Part shown: positions 46,380 to 57,100 of the stretch, piece after piece
Numbering within the stretch: the stretch's first letter is position 1
Layout: each line of letters begins with the position of its first letter
From: Gemmatimonadota bacterium
GTDB taxonomy: Bacteria; Gemmatimonadota; Gemmatimonadetes; Longimicrobiales; Gaopeijiaceae
Assembly (NCBI GenBank): GCA_007132965.1
Contig: SLNQ01000150.1
Span: forward strand, 1 to 60,036
Direction of reading: 5' to 3'
Length of the DNA stretch: 60,036 nt
The notes under the pieces: model-generated
What the model saw: only the letters and a program-made list of their open reading frames with translations
Database searches by the model: none
What the model was told of the DNA's origin: nothing
Translations under genes and position numbers: made by a program

Positions 46380-47615
46380 CTATGGCATCTTCCGGTCCAG
46401 GACCACCCTGAGACCCGGGGCCACCGCAGTGGGCGATTCCGAGGTGACGAGCCGAACGGTGGAGTAGTCCTCCCCGGCCCAGATCACCTGGAAGCTGGCC
46501 ACCTTTCGTCCCTGTCGACCGTCCCGATCCCCCACCAGGCCCACGAGCTCATCGCCCACGGCCAGGCCGGCGTCGGTCCCCCGGTCCAGAAAGGCCTGGT
46601 CCCCGGGGAGGTAGATCTCCTTCCGATCGCGGAAGGCGACCACGGTGGCACTCACGTCCATGTCGGTGACTTCAGGGTGTACGCCTGCGACCAGGGGAAA
46701 GGTCCGCGGCCGGGTCACCCTGTGGCCCAGCTCGAATCGGTCGAAGCTCCCGGTGACCCGGGCCACCGCTCCGCTTCCCTCCAGACGGGTGAGCTCCAGG
46801 ACGCCGGAGGGAGCCTTGATGCGCCCCATGTCGTCTACCCGACCCTGATCGCTGTAGGCCAGAAGCCGGTCGCCCACCTCGAACTGGTCGGGATCGTCCA
46901 GCTCCACCAGGACGTTGTCGTAGAGTTGCACAGTGGTTCGGTCCATGCCCAGCGCCCGGTCGCCCTCGAAATCCACCACCCGGCCCACCTCCTCGGGATC
47001 CGCGTCGGGGGGCGTGAGCCAGGCCGCCGAGTTGAAGGCCGAGCGGGAGACCGCCATCACCTCGTCCGGCGGCGAGAGGAGGACCCCGGGGCGGGTCGGG
47101 GAGCGGGCGGTGGTCTCGTGAGCGCCGTGGAAGATGGTCCGGGGACGATCGGAAGCGGGGACGGCCCGAGCCTGGAAGGGACGGCTGCGCATGAGGTCAC
47201 GCCGATCTGTCACCCGGTCCCGGGGGAAGGTGTCGGCCACCACGTCCGGAAGAGGCTCGTCCAGGGTGAGCCCGGTGATCTCGGCGAGGGCGTCGTCATC
47301 GCGGCCGCGGATGATCTCCACCCCCGGGTCGTCCGGATCCGCCGACAGGCCGGGGATGGTGAGCTCCATCCCGGGAACGATCCGGTGGGGATCGGAGATC
47401 ACGTCGCGGTTGGCCTCAAAGATCCGCTCCCAGTGCGCCGGGGAACCCAGGTACTGCCGGGCCAGTCCCGCCAGGGTATCTCCGGAGCGCACCACGTGCG
47501 TCCGATCGGCGGTGACCGGAGGCTCCTGGGCGTCGGCCGACGTGGGCGCCAGCGGACCCAGGGACGGGGCCAGGACGAGGGCGAGGACCACGGCGATCCG
47601 GAGGGACGTCTCCAT
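46380..47615 (-). CDS. LysM peptidoglycan-binding domain protein
   Basis: Trimmed to the ATG at 47615, with AAGGAG upstream. Signal peptide and LysM 'HVVRSGDTLAGLARQYLGSPAHWERIFEANR...VPGMELTIP'. Confidence 0.75.
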   Translation of the reverse strand: METSLRIAVVLALVLAPSLGPLAPTSADAQEPPVTADRTHVVRSGDTLAGLARQYLGSPAHWERIFEANRDVISDPHRIVPGMELTIPGLSADPDDPGVEIIRGRDDDALAEITGLTLDEPLPDVVADTFPRDRVTDRRDLMRSRPFQARAVPASDRPRTIFHGAHETTARSPTRPGVLLSPPDEVMAVSRSAFNSAAWLTPPDADPEEVGRVVDFEGDRALGMDRTTVQLYDNVLVELDDPDQFEVGDRLLAYSDQGRVDDMGRIKAPSGVLELTRLEGSGAVARVTGSFDRFELGHRVTRPRTFPLVAGVHPEVTDMDVSATVVAFRDRKEIYLPGDQAFLDRGTDAGLAVGDELVGLVGDRDGRQGRKVASFQVIWAGEDYSTVRLVTSESPTAVAPGLRVVLDRKMP

Positions 47616-47797
47616 GCCGGCTCCTTTGCTCCTTGACGGGGGTTCAACGCCCGGCCGCCACCTCGGGCGGCCGGCGCCGGGACTCCGGGGAGGCCGGGGA
47701 CATTCCTCCGGCCCCGGAATCCGGGTTCTGCTCCCGAAGATACCGGGGCGCTCCGGGTGGGTCAACGACAGCGACTTCAGATGTTTCGACCAGCGTC

Positions 47798-48781
47798 CTA
47801 CTGCGTTCTGGCGAACTGGCGGGCCCAGTAGGTAACGATGATGTCGGCCCCGGCCCGTCGAATGGCCAGGAGCGCCTCGGTCATGGCCGCCTCCTCGTCC
47901 AACCAGCCTCGCTCCGCAGCGGCCATGACGGCGGCGTACTCTCCTGACACGTGATAGGCTGCCACCGGCACCCCGGCCTCCCGACGAACCCTGTGGATGA
48001 CGTCCAGACAGGTCAGGGCCGGCTTCACCATGACCATGTCGGCTCCCTCCTCCAGGTCGGCCCAGACCTCACGCAGGGCCTCGTCGCTGTTGGCCGGGTC
48101 CATCTGGTAGCCCCGGCGGTCGCCTGCCATGGGGGTGGAGTCGGCGGCATCCCGGAAGGGCCCGTAGAGGGCGGACGCATACTTGGCCGCATAGCTCAGG
48201 ATGGGCACGTCGTGGAAGCCCTCCCGGTTCAACCCCTCACGGATGGCCCCGACTCTGCCGTCCATCATGTCGGACGGCGCCACGACGTCGGCTCCGGCCC
48301 GGGCGTGGCTCACGGCGGTGCGGGCCAGAAGCTCCAGGGTGGGGTCGTTGCGGACCCGGGGGCCCTCGGCCTCCAAGAGTCCGCAGTGCCCGTGGGCGGT
48401 GTACTCGCAGAGGCAGACGTCGGTGATGACCACGAGCTGGGGGAAGGCCTCCTTCAGGGCCCGCACCCCTCGCTGGACGACGCCGTCGGCCGCCCAGGCC
48501 TCGCTTCCCACCTCGTCCTTGGTCCCGGGGATGCCGAAGAGGATCACGCCGCCCAGTCCTAGCTCCACCGCCTCTCGGGCATCGTCCAGGAGGCCGTCCA
48601 CCGACGTGCGCTCGACTCCGGGCATGGAGGGCACGGAACGGCGAACTCCCTCCCCTTCCTCCACGAAGAGGGGCAGCACGAGCTGCTCCGGACTGAGCCG
48701 GGTCTCCCGCACCAGCCGACGGAGACCCGGCGTGCGGCGAAGACGGCGGCCGCGAAAGAAGTCGTCCATGACGTCGCTCAT
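47798..48781 (-). CDS. hemB: porphobilinogen synthase
   Basis: Trimmed from the 594-aa ORF to the ATG at 48781 ('[22 protein letters not shown]'). Cys-rich zinc site '[14 protein letters not shown]'. Also 'YQMDPAN' and 'VKPAL'. Confidence 0.95.
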   Translation of the reverse strand: MSDVMDDFFRGRRLRRTPGLRRLVRETRLSPEQLVLPLFVEEGEGVRRSVPSMPGVERTSVDGLLDDAREAVELGLGGVILFGIPGTKDEVGSEAWAADGVVQRGVRALKEAFPQLVVITDVCLCEYTAHGHCGLLEAEGPRVRNDPTLELLARTAVSHARAGADVVAPSDMMDGRVGAIREGLNREGFHDVPILSYAAKYASALYGPFRDAADSTPMAGDRRGYQMDPANSDEALREVWADLEEGADMVMVKPALTCLDVIHRVRREAGVPVAAYHVSGEYAAVMAAAERGWLDEEAAMTEALLAIRRAGADIIVTYWARQFARTQ

Positions 48782-49338
48782 CTCGGTTCTGGGTCTTCGT
48801 GAGTCCCGGGGTTCTCCTCTCCGGCGTCCGGGCCTCCGGCGTCGTCCCAGGTGTCCAGCTCCAGCCGGAGCACGAGGGCGTCCTCGGTGGGGCGCTGGTA
48901 GTAGCCGGGGCGAAGGCCCACCTCCCGAAAGCCTCGACTCGAATAGAGACGACGGGCCGGCTGATTCGACTCCCGCACCTCCAGAAACACATGGGTGATC
49001 CCCGCGTCCCGGGCTTCGGTCAGGAGCTGGTCCAGGAGGATGCGCCCCACCCCGTGGCCGTGCATCTCGGGATCCACCGCCAGGTTCGCCAGCTCGCCCT
49101 CGTCGGCCACCCGCCAGACCACCCCGTGTCCCACCACCCGCCCGTCCAGCTCCGCCACGCGGACGATGACCCGGGAGAGCGGCATCAGCGTCCGGAATGA
49201 GGCTTCGCTCCAGGGAGTGGAGAAGGCCGCACGTTCCACCTCGAGAATCCTGGGAAGATCCTCGGTCCGAGCGCGACGCACCTCCACGGGAGGGGAAGCC
49301 CCGGTGGTCCTGGAGTCGCCGGTGGCAGCCTGCACCAT
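48778..49338 (-). CDS. rimI: ribosomal-protein-alanine N-acetyltransferase (GNAT)
   Basis: Contains '[15 protein letters not shown]' and '[17 protein letters not shown]'. It follows tsaB, and its stop overlaps the hemB ATG. Confidence 0.85.
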   Translation of the reverse strand: MVQAATGDSRTTGASPPVEVRRARTEDLPRILEVERAAFSTPWSEASFRTLMPLSRVIVRVAELDGRVVGHGVVWRVADEGELANLAVDPEMHGHGVGRILLDQLLTEARDAGITHVFLEVRESNQPARRLYSSRGFREVGLRPGYYQRPTEDALVLRLELDTWDDAGGPDAGEENPGTHEDPEPR

Positions 49339-49346
49339 ACGCCCCC

Positions 49347-50180
49347 CTACCTCGGGCCGCCGGAAGGTCCCGAAATCGACGCCATCCGGGGCACCATGGG
49401 CCGGGCCGAGGAATCCCGAAGGTACTCGGGCTGCCAGCGGGAGGCGGGGTCCAGCGGGGGAGCCTCCGGGTGCAGGAGATGGACGCGGAGGAGCCCCTCG
49501 GCCGTGGGGAGGCCGGTGGGAAGCGGGACGACCAGGTGTCCCTCGCCCTCCAGATCCTCGCGGTGTCGCAGGGCGCCGTCACCGCAGAAGAGGGCGTTCG
49601 GCGGCAGGTTCGACGCCATCACCTGGTCCACCGTGGTGGCGTGGGGAGCGGCCAGTTCGTCCATCCGGTCCGGCCGCAAGCGGTAGCAGGCAGCGTACAC
49701 CCGCCGTCCCCTGGCGTCCAGGAGGACGTACCGGGGCCGGCCCTGGGCCTCGTCGGGAAGGTCCACGGCCGACCCTTCCGTCTCCAGCGCCGCCACCACC
49801 GACGACGGGAGGCTCACGCCCCACGATGCCGCTGCGGCGGCCAGTGAGGACCAGGCCCACACCGGGACCTCCAGGCCCGCGGCCAGCCCCCGGGCCGTGG
49901 CCGCGGCGACCCGCACACCGGTGAAGGACCCCGGTCCCTTCCCCACCACGATGCCCTCCAGTGCGGTCCGGTCCACCGCCGCTTCCTCCAGGATCTCCCC
50001 GATGGCGGGGACCAGGCGCGATGCGTGCTCGCCCCGACGCACCAGGAGCCGGCGAGCCAGGAGGCTTCGGCCCCGGAAGAGGCCCACCGACCCCAGATCC
50101 GCGGAGGTGTCGAAGGCCAGGAGGAGCTGGCCTGCGCCGCCGCGGGAAGAAGTGGGCCGGGCCCTCGCCTCCGTGGTCAT
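49347..50180 (-). CDS. tsaB: tRNA t6A37 biosynthesis protein TsaB
   Basis: Trimmed from the 422-aa ORF to the ATG at 50180, which overlaps the tsaE stop. Contains '[16 protein letters not shown]' and '[15 protein letters not shown]'. Confidence 0.88.
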   Translation of the reverse strand: MTTEARARPTSSRGGAGQLLLAFDTSADLGSVGLFRGRSLLARRLLVRRGEHASRLVPAIGEILEEAAVDRTALEGIVVGKGPGSFTGVRVAAATARGLAAGLEVPVWAWSSLAAAAASWGVSLPSSVVAALETEGSAVDLPDEAQGRPRYVLLDARGRRVYAACYRLRPDRMDELAAPHATTVDQVMASNLPPNALFCGDGALRHREDLEGEGHLVVPLPTGLPTAEGLLRVHLLHPEAPPLDPASRWQPEYLRDSSARPMVPRMASISGPSGGPR

Positions 50181-50644
50181 GAACGGACTTCGAGGCTCAC
50201 CGGATATCCCGGAAGGTGAGGGGGCGTGCCCACCCGGTGAACCTGCACGATGCGCCGGTCGGACCCCGCCTCCGGGATGGCCAGGTGGATGTCCCAGCGG
50301 TCGGTGGGTAGGTGTTCTCCGGCTCGCTCCGGCCACTCCACCAGGACCAGCTCCGGGCCTCGGCCCAGCTCCTCCCACCCGAGCTCCCAGAGCTCGTCGG
50401 GTTCCCGGAGTCGGTAGAGGTCCATGTGCACCACCTCCATTCCGTCCCGCCCCGGGTAACGGAAAAGGAGGTTGAAGGTGGGGGAAGGCATGGCCCCCTC
50501 CACACCGGCGCCTCGGGCGATGGCCCGGGCGAGAACGGACTTTCCGGCGCCCAGCTGGCCTCGGAGTCCAAGAAAGATGGGAACCTCCACCTGGGCTCCG
50601 ATCCCCCGACCCCACGCCGCGAGCTCCGTCTCGGTGAGGGTCAT
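50177..50644 (-). CDS. tsaE: tRNA t6A37 biosynthesis ATPase TsaE
   Basis: Contains '[16 protein letters not shown]', 'SPTFNLL' and 'HMDLYRL'. Confidence 0.9.
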   Translation of the reverse strand: MTLTETELAAWGRGIGAQVEVPIFLGLRGQLGAGKSVLARAIARGAGVEGAMPSPTFNLLFRYPGRDGMEVVHMDLYRLREPDELWELGWEELGRGPELVLVEWPERAGEHLPTDRWDIHLAIPEAGSDRRIVQVHRVGTPPHLPGYPVSLEVRS

Positions 50645-52716
50645 GCGTGGCCCGTCCTGTTGTGGCTCATTCGTGGCTCCTTCTTCCGGCCATTCTGACC
50701 CGGAGTCTCAGCGGGTCTCCCCGACTCGCCATCCAGGCGAGCCCTCAGTTCGAAGAGCTCGTCCCGGAGAAGGGCCGCCCGCTCAAAGTCCAGCTCGGCG
50801 GCGGCCTCCTCCATTTCGCTCTCCAGCGCCTTCACCAGCTCCTCCACGTTCACCTCATCCTGATAGGAGGCGAGCTTTTCCGCCACCTTGGGCGCTGGCG
50901 CCTCCCGGGCGTCCGCCACCCGGGTGGAGAACTGGATCTCCTCGATGCTCTTGCGAATCGTAGCGGGCGTGATCCCATGCTTCCGATTGTGTTCGATCTG
51001 GATCGTGCGCCGCCGCTCGGTCTCGTCGATGCACTGCCGCATCCCCCTGGTGACCCGGTTGGCGTAGAGGATGGCGCGACCGTTCTCGTTGCGGGCGGCA
51101 CGCCCGATGGTCTGGATGAGCGAACGGGCGTTACGGAGGAAGCCCTCCTTGTCCGCATCCAGGATGGCCACCAGAGACACCTCCGGAAGGTCCAGCCCCT
51201 CCCTCAGGAGGTTGATCCCCACCAGGACGTCAAAGCGGCCCAATCGAAGGCCCCGCAGGATCTCCATTCGCTCAATGGTATCGATCTCCGAGTGCATGTA
51301 GCGAACCCGGACGCCAACGGACTGGAGGTACTCGGAAAGGTCCTCGGCCATCCGCTTGGTGAGGGTGGTGACCAGGACCCGCTCGCCCCGCTCCTCCCGG
51401 GTCCGGATCTCCGCCAGGAGGTCGTCTACCTGGCCCTCCACCGGGCGCACCTCCACCTCCGGGTCCACCAACCCGGTGGGCCGGATGATCTGCTCCACCA
51501 CCACACCCTTCGACAGCTCCAGCTCCCGCTCGGCGGGGGTGGCCGAGACGAAGACGGCCTGGTGCAGGAGATCCTCCCACTCCTCGTACTTCAAGGGACG
51601 GTTGTCCAGCGCCGAGGGAAGGCGGAAGCCGTGCTCCACGAGGGTCATCTTCCGGGCCCGGTCCCCGTTGTACATCCCCCCGATCTGCGGGAGCGACTGA
51701 TGCGACTCGTCCACGATGCAGAGAAAGTCGTCGGGGAAGTAGTCCAGGAGGCATGCCGGCCGGTCTCCGGGTCCCCGTCCCGCCATGTAGCGGGAGTAGT
51801 TCTCGATGCCGGGACACGTCCCGATCTGCAGCATCATGTCGATGTCGAAGTTGGTCCTCGACTCGATCCGCTGCGCCTCCAGGAGGCGGCCCTCCCGCTG
51901 GTAGTGCTTCACCCGCTCCTCCAGCTCCTGGCGGATGAGGGGCACGGCATCCTCGATGGTGCTCCGGTGGGTCACGTAGTGAGAGGCCGGATAGATCGCC
52001 GTCCGCTCGAGATGTGTGATGAGCTCCCCCGTGAGGGGGTCGAAGCGGGTGATCCGCTCCACCTCGTCGCCCCAGAACTCAATGCGGATGGCCTGCTCCT
52101 CGTAGGCCGGCAGAACCTCCACCGTGTCGCCCCGAACACGAAAGGTGCCCCGCTCGAAGACCATGTCGTTGCGACGGTACTGGATCTCCACCAGCGCCCG
52201 GAGAAGGTCGTCGCGGCCCATCTCCTCCCCCACGTTCACTTCGTACATCAGCGCCCGGTAGTCGTCCGGGTTCCCAAGACCGTAGATGCACGAGACCGAA
52301 GCCACCACCACCACGTCCTCCCGCTCGAACAGCGACGAGGTGGCCCGGAGGCGGAGGCGGTCGATGTCCTCGTTGATGGCCGAGTCCTTCTCGATGTAGG
52401 TATCGGTGGCGGGGACGTAGGCCTCGGGCTGGTAGTAGTCGTAGTACGAGACGAAGTACTCCACCGCGTTCCGGGGGAGGAGCTGCTTCAGCTCGCCGTA
52501 GAGCTGGGCCGCCAGCGTCTTGTTGTGCGACATGACCAGCGCCGGTCGCCCATGATTGGCGATGACGTGGGCCATGGTCAGGGTCTTTCCGGTCCCGGTG
52601 GCGCCCAGGAGGGTCTGGAACCGGTCTCCCCGGTCCAGTCCCTCTTCCAGTTCCTGGATGGCCCGGGGCTGGTCACCCTTGGGCTCGTAGGGGGCTTCGA
52701 TCTCGAATTCGGGCAT
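50641..52716 (-). CDS. uvrB: excinuclease ABC subunit B
   Basis: Contains '[12 protein letters not shown]', '[10 protein letters not shown]', 'DESHQSLPQ' and the C-terminal '[12 protein letters not shown]'. Confidence 0.98.
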   Translation of the reverse strand: MPEFEIEAPYEPKGDQPRAIQELEEGLDRGDRFQTLLGATGTGKTLTMAHVIANHGRPALVMSHNKTLAAQLYGELKQLLPRNAVEYFVSYYDYYQPEAYVPATDTYIEKDSAINEDIDRLRLRATSSLFEREDVVVVASVSCIYGLGNPDDYRALMYEVNVGEEMGRDDLLRALVEIQYRRNDMVFERGTFRVRGDTVEVLPAYEEQAIRIEFWGDEVERITRFDPLTGELITHLERTAIYPASHYVTHRSTIEDAVPLIRQELEERVKHYQREGRLLEAQRIESRTNFDIDMMLQIGTCPGIENYSRYMAGRGPGDRPACLLDYFPDDFLCIVDESHQSLPQIGGMYNGDRARKMTLVEHGFRLPSALDNRPLKYEEWEDLLHQAVFVSATPAERELELSKGVVVEQIIRPTGLVDPEVEVRPVEGQVDDLLAEIRTREERGERVLVTTLTKRMAEDLSEYLQSVGVRVRYMHSEIDTIERMEILRGLRLGRFDVLVGINLLREGLDLPEVSLVAILDADKEGFLRNARSLIQTIGRAARNENGRAILYANRVTRGMRQCIDETERRRTIQIEHNRKHGITPATIRKSIEEIQFSTRVADAREAPAPKVAEKLASYQDEVNVEELVKALESEMEEAAAELDFERAALLRDELFELRARLDGESGRPAETPGQNGRKKEPRMSHNRTGHA

Positions 52717-52736
52717 GATGGGGTGGCAGGCTCGTT

Positions 52737-54968
52737 TCAGTCGTCGTCCACGTCCAGGAGCTCCGATTCGCCGAAGGACTCCCGTCGCTCCACCGATACG
52801 ACCCCCTTGATCTGTCCGATCTTCTTCATGACCCGGTTCAGGTGCTGAAGGTCCTGCACCTCCACCACGAACTCCCCGACCATCCCGCCGTCAATGGCCC
52901 GGATGTCGGCATGCTGGATGTTGGTCCCGGTATCGGTGATGGCCTGCGCGATGTCCGAGAGTACGCCCCGGCGATCCGTGCCCCGGGTGTAGAGCTTCAC
53001 GAAGAAGCGGTCCCCCTGCTCCGCCGTCCACTCGATCTCTACCCGCCGCTCCGGATCCTGGGAGAGGTTCAGGACGTTGGGGCAGTCTTTCCGGTGAATG
53101 GAGACACCCCTGCCCGCCGTGACGTACCCGATGACGTCGTCGCCCGGTACCGGCTGGCAACACTGGGAGTAGCGCACCATGAGGTTGTCCACGCCCTGGA
53201 TCCGGACGCCCTTGTCCGACTTCCGGATCTTGCGGGCGATGCGCTGGAGAGGAGAGGAAGCCTTCCGTCGGGCTTCGGCCACCTCCTTCTCCGGAAAGAG
53301 CCGCTTGATGACGGCCGACGGACCGATGTCTCCCCGTCCCAGCGCCGCCAACACGTGCTCGAAGTCCGGGTAGTCCAGCTCGTCGGCGGCCTCCTGGAGC
53401 TTGTCGTCGCCGGGAAGCCGGACTCGGAGCTTCTTCAGCTCCCGGTCCAGGAACTCCCGTCCCAGCTTTACCGACTCGTCGTGCTCCTGCTGACGGATCC
53501 ACTGCCGGATGCGCTGGCGGGCCCTGGACGTCTTCACGAAGGCCAGCCAGTCCCGCGACGGTGACTTCCGGGACGAGGTGAGGATCTCCACCGTATCGCC
53601 GTTCCTCAGCTCCCGGGAGAGCGGTGCGATGCGTCCGTTGACCTTGGCCCCGGCGCAGTGGAATCCCACCTCGGTGTGGACGGCGAAGGCGAAGTCGATG
53701 GGCGTGGCGCCCACCGGCAGCTGCTTCACGTCTCCCTTCGGCGTGAAGACGAAGATCTCCCCCAGAAAGAGATCCATCTTGAGGAATTCCATGAACTCCT
53801 CGGGCTCCGACGCCTCCTGCTGCCACTCCAGCACCTGCCGGAACCAGGAAAGGGCTTCGTCCACCTCATCCGACGCTCCGGCCTGTTCCCCCTCCTTGTA
53901 TCGCCAGTGGGCCGCGATCCCGTACTCCGCCGTCCGGTGCATCTCCTCGGTACGGATCTGGATCTCGTAGCGTCGCCCGCCGGGACCGAAGACCGTGGTG
54001 TGGAGCGACCGGTACATGTTGGACTTCGGGGTGGCGATGTAGTCGTGGAAGCGCTCCTGGATGGGCGTGAACTCGGAGTGGATGAGACCCAGCGCCGCGT
54101 AGCAGTTCTGCACCGAGTCGGTGATGACCCGGATGGCCTGCAGGTCGTAGATCTCCTCGTAGGGCTTCTTCCGCTTCTCGATCTTGCGGTGGATGGACCA
54201 GAGGTGCTTGGGCCGTCCCGTCACCTCGGCGGGGATGCCCGACTCCTCCAGGAGCTCCTTGATGGGGCGCTGCATCTCCAGGATCTGCCGCTCCCGCTCC
54301 TTGCGACGCTGCTGCACCAGGCTCCGGAGCTCCTCGTGGGCCTCCGGTTCCAGGAACTTGAAGCAGAGGTCCTCCAGCTCCCACTTGAACTGGGCGATCC
54401 CCAGTCGGTGGGCCAGCAGCGCGTAGATCTCGCGGGTCTCCAGCGCAATGCGCTTCTGCTTCTCCCGGGGAAGGTACTCCAGCGTCCGCATGTTGTGGAG
54501 GCGATCAGCCAGCTTGATGAGGATCACCCGGGCGTCCTCGGCCATGCTCAGCAAGAGCTTTCGGTAGTTCTCCGCCTGGCGCTCCGTATGGGAACGGAAA
54601 CGCACCTTTCCGATCTTGGTCACGCCGTCCACGATGGCGGCCACTTCCGAGCCGAACCGCTCCTCCACGTCGGTGAGGGAGAACTGGGTGTCCTCGACCA
54701 CGTCGTGAATGAGGCCCGCCACCAGCGAGGCCGTATCCAGCTTCAACTGGGCCAGGAGCACCGATACTTCCACCGCGTGGGTCACGAAGCTCTCGCCACT
54801 GGCCCGCTTCTGCCCGCGATGCGCCTCCTCCGCCAGCCGATAGGCCTCCTGGATCTTCTCCACGTCCAACCGACCGGCGTACGCCTCCAGCTCCCGCGCC
54901 AACGGGCGGGGGAGTCCCCTGATCGTCGGGGTCGAGGTGGACTGGGTATCGGTTCGGGGGAGGCTCAT
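52737..54968 (-). CDS. relA: bifunctional (p)ppGpp synthetase/hydrolase (Rel/SpoT)
   Basis: Trimmed from the 851-aa ORF to the ATG at 54968. HD domain 'HAVEV...[10 protein letters not shown]', synthetase 'YRSLHTTV', plus TGS and ACT domains. Confidence 0.95.
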   Translation of the reverse strand: MSLPRTDTQSTSTPTIRGLPRPLARELEAYAGRLDVEKIQEAYRLAEEAHRGQKRASGESFVTHAVEVSVLLAQLKLDTASLVAGLIHDVVEDTQFSLTDVEERFGSEVAAIVDGVTKIGKVRFRSHTERQAENYRKLLLSMAEDARVILIKLADRLHNMRTLEYLPREKQKRIALETREIYALLAHRLGIAQFKWELEDLCFKFLEPEAHEELRSLVQQRRKERERQILEMQRPIKELLEESGIPAEVTGRPKHLWSIHRKIEKRKKPYEEIYDLQAIRVITDSVQNCYAALGLIHSEFTPIQERFHDYIATPKSNMYRSLHTTVFGPGGRRYEIQIRTEEMHRTAEYGIAAHWRYKEGEQAGASDEVDEALSWFRQVLEWQQEASEPEEFMEFLKMDLFLGEIFVFTPKGDVKQLPVGATPIDFAFAVHTEVGFHCAGAKVNGRIAPLSRELRNGDTVEILTSSRKSPSRDWLAFVKTSRARQRIRQWIRQQEHDESVKLGREFLDRELKKLRVRLPGDDKLQEAADELDYPDFEHVLAALGRGDIGPSAVIKRLFPEKEVAEARRKASSPLQRIARKIRKSDKGVRIQGVDNLMVRYSQCCQPVPGDDVIGYVTAGRGVSIHRKDCPNVLNLSQDPERRVEIEWTAEQGDRFFVKLYTRGTDRRGVLSDIAQAITDTGTNIQHADIRAIDGGMVGEFVVEVQDLQHLNRVMKKIGQIKGVVSVERRESFGESELLDVDDD

Positions 54969-55058
54969 AATAAGAAAGGTACCCTTTCGGAAGGCCGATG
55001 CTCCAGTGGCGATCGCCAGAAGGGAGGCCAGCCCCTGGACAGCAGAGCGGCCGTCGCC

Positions 55059-55093
55059 GGAGGGGCAAACGCCCTCGCTCCTCGTGCCCCTCC
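55059..55093 (-). terminator. GC-rich hairpin downstream of the LEA_2-like lipoprotein gene
   Basis: 'ggaggggca' (55059-55067) and 'tgcccctcc' (55085-55093) are exact reverse complements, with a 17-nt loop. The hairpin lies 33 nt past the stop at 55126. There is no U-tract, so terminator function is inferred only. Confidence 0.35.
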
Positions 55094-55125
55094 GTTCTGT
55101 CCCCGGGACGTGTGGGTGGCGGGGG

Positions 55126-55749
55126 TCAGCGACCCCCGACGGCCCCCCCGAGGACCAGCGGCTCCGAGTAGCGGATCGGGCCCAGCGGCGTCTGAATGGT
55201 GGGAAGCGCCTCCAGCCGGACGTCCACCGGCTCCTGTCCGGCACCCCCGAGCGCAAGGGCCAGGTCCACCAGGTCCCGGGTGCCGCCGTCAAAGAACTCC
55301 AGGAGATCCATCCTCACCTGCACCGGGACGTCGGTTCGCTGACCCGCCGGCAGGACCAGCTCGTCCTCCATGACTCCGCTCACCGTCTCCCGGTCACGCA
55401 GGAAGAGGGTCCAATCCAGGGCCAGGAGGCGCGCCTCCGGATTGTCTCCCGGGTTGTCCGCGCCCACGTGGACCACGGCGTCCAGGGGCAGCGTCCGGTT
55501 CACCAGCGCCGACCCGATCCGGGCGGCGTCCAGCACCGACAGGTCCTCATAGCGGCGCACATCGTCCAGACGAACTCCGGCCAGGTGCAGCTCACTCACC
55601 CGGTCCAATTGGAAGCGTACCTGCGAAAGAGCTGTGAGGGACTGGAGGGTCGCGCAGGAGGGCAGAACCAGGACAACCAGGAGGCACCCGGCGAGGGCGG
55701 GAACGACAGAGCGGCGGCGGCGGGATCGTGCATGGCAGCGAACGGTCAC
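55126..55749 (-). CDS. lipoprotein, LEA type-2 / WHy-like
   Basis: Lipobox 'LVLPSC'. Also 'VVHVGADNPGDNPEARLLALDWTLFLRDRETVSG...LVLPAGQRTDVPVQV', which resembles bacterial LEA_2-domain lipoproteins. Confidence 0.55.
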   Translation of the reverse strand: MTVRCHARSRRRRSVVPALAGCLLVVLVLPSCATLQSLTALSQVRFQLDRVSELHLAGVRLDDVRRYEDLSVLDAARIGSALVNRTLPLDAVVHVGADNPGDNPEARLLALDWTLFLRDRETVSGVMEDELVLPAGQRTDVPVQVRMDLLEFFDGGTRDLVDLALALGGAGQEPVDVRLEALPTIQTPLGPIRYSEPLVLGGAVGGR

Positions 55750-55914
55750 AGTCGATCCAGGTGGAAGGGCGGAGGGAGTGGGGCGTGAAGTCCCCTACCC
55801 CGCCTCGGGAGGCACGGATCCCGCCTCTCCGCCCAAACCCCGTCGAGCGCCACGCTCAGGCCCGCTGAGGGGCCGTGGCCGTCGGCCGGAAACCGAGGCC
55901 ACCCGAACCAGGCA

Positions 55915-56562
55915 TCAGCTGGCCGAATTCCACCTCCCCTCTCCCACCACCACATGGTCCAGGACACGGATCCCGACGGCCCGGCCGGCCTCGGAGATCT
56001 GACGGGTCACCGCCCGGTCCTCGGGCGAAGGCGTGGGGTCGCCGGACGGGTGATTGTGTACCAGGATCACGGCAGCGGCGCTGGCCAGAATCGCGGGCCG
56101 GAATACCTCCCTGGGATGGATCAACGACGCATCCAGGATGCCCCGGGTCACCGTCACGTCCCGGAGAACCCGGTGCTGGGTGTTGAGGAGCAACGCGTGG
56201 AACTCCTCGTGGGGAAGATCTCGCAGGCGAGGCGCCATGATCCGGTATACATCGGCCGGTCCCCGGATCCTGGGGCGATCCGGTTCCTCTTCCTCGGCGG
56301 CCCGCCGGCCCAGCTCCAGGGCGGCGACGATCCGTCCGGCGGTGGCACGCCCGACCCCCGGAAGGGCCTCCAGCTCTCCGGGCTCGGCTGCGCCCAGAAC
56401 CCGAAGGCGTCCACCGGATGACTTGAGCAGGCGGTCGGCCAGGGCCAGCACCGATCCGCCGACTCCCCCCGATCCCACTACCAGCGCCAGGAGCTCCCGA
56501 ACCGAGAGGGCCCGCACACCGGAATCCCGAAGCCGTTCCCTCGGACGCTGCCGGGAGGGCAT
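55915..56562 (-). CDS. radC: RadC-family JAB-domain protein
   Basis: Trimmed to the ATG at 56562, giving 'MPSRQRPRERL...LSVRELLALVVGSG', as in canonical RadC N-termini. JAMM motif 'HNHPSGDPTPS'. Longer alternatives at 56661 or 56823 are possible. Confidence 0.85.
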   Translation of the reverse strand: MPSRQRPRERLRDSGVRALSVRELLALVVGSGGVGGSVLALADRLLKSSGGRLRVLGAAEPGELEALPGVGRATAGRIVAALELGRRAAEEEEPDRPRIRGPADVYRIMAPRLRDLPHEEFHALLLNTQHRVLRDVTVTRGILDASLIHPREVFRPAILASAAAVILVHNHPSGDPTPSPEDRAVTRQISEAGRAVGIRVLDHVVVGEGRWNSAS

Positions 56563-56576
56563 CTCCCGGACCGAGG

Positions 56577-56618
56577 GAGAGTGCTGCCGGGACGACGGAG
56601 AGCGTTGCCGGGACGACG
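56577..56618 (-). repeat. 21-nt tandem repeat (19/21 identical) just upstream of the radC start
   Basis: 'gagagtgctgccgggacgacg' at 56577-56597 and 'gagagcgttgccgggacgacg' at 56598-56618. Confidence 0.85.
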
Positions 56619-57100
56619 ACGTGGTGGGACCATCCTTCGTGGTCTGCCTGGAGCTTTTCATCTGGCACCTGGTGGGGGTCGATTCGACGGGCCCGACATC
56701 ACACACGAATTCGATGGCTTGCACGCGCTCCACGAGGACAGGAAAACAGCTTTTCACCTGCCTGCATAAGCTGTCTCGCGCACCTGATTCGCGTGATCCG
56801 GCGGGATACTCCGGACCGGTCAATGTGCTCGTAACCAGACGTTACTCACCGATCCGGGCCTGGACGATGGGTGAAGCGGCCACTCCCCGCCGGCGGCGGC
56901 CTGCCCATGAGGATCCGGCTCCGAGCCGCAGAACGTCTTGCCCTGCGGGCATGGTCTTGTCACGTTGAGAGCAAGGTTCAATCATCTCAGCGTCATATTG
57001 CCCGGAAGCTTCGACACGATGGGCCCCTCCCCCGGGAGGCGTAGCCACGTGCTTGTCGAGTGGGAAGGGCCGAAGCCCCTCCCCCATTCCGACCCCTCAA

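Noticed and set aside
47798-49582. Very long N-terminal extensions in the ORF track: hemB 594 aa, tsaB 422 aa, rel 851 aa, moeA 513 aa, ispB 433 aa and the TPR protein 793 aa.
   Set aside because: The extensions overlap the upstream genes (rimI, tsaE, the LEA-like gene and others) and are compositionally junk. Internal ATGs with SD sequences or ATGA/GTGA coupling reproduce canonical N-termini, so I trimmed rather than reporting fusions.
56683-56700. 'GGGGGTCGATTCGACGGG', which resembles the 5' end of tmRNA (GGGG...GGAUUCGACGGG).
   Set aside because: The spacer between the acceptor-like G-run and 'GAUUCGAC' is missing. No T-arm (GGTTCGAnTCC) or CCA-proximal acceptor complement occurs within about 450 nt downstream on the same strand. 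I saw no tag-like reading frame with a resume alanine codon. This is probably a chance match, and cmscan with the tmRNA models would settle it.
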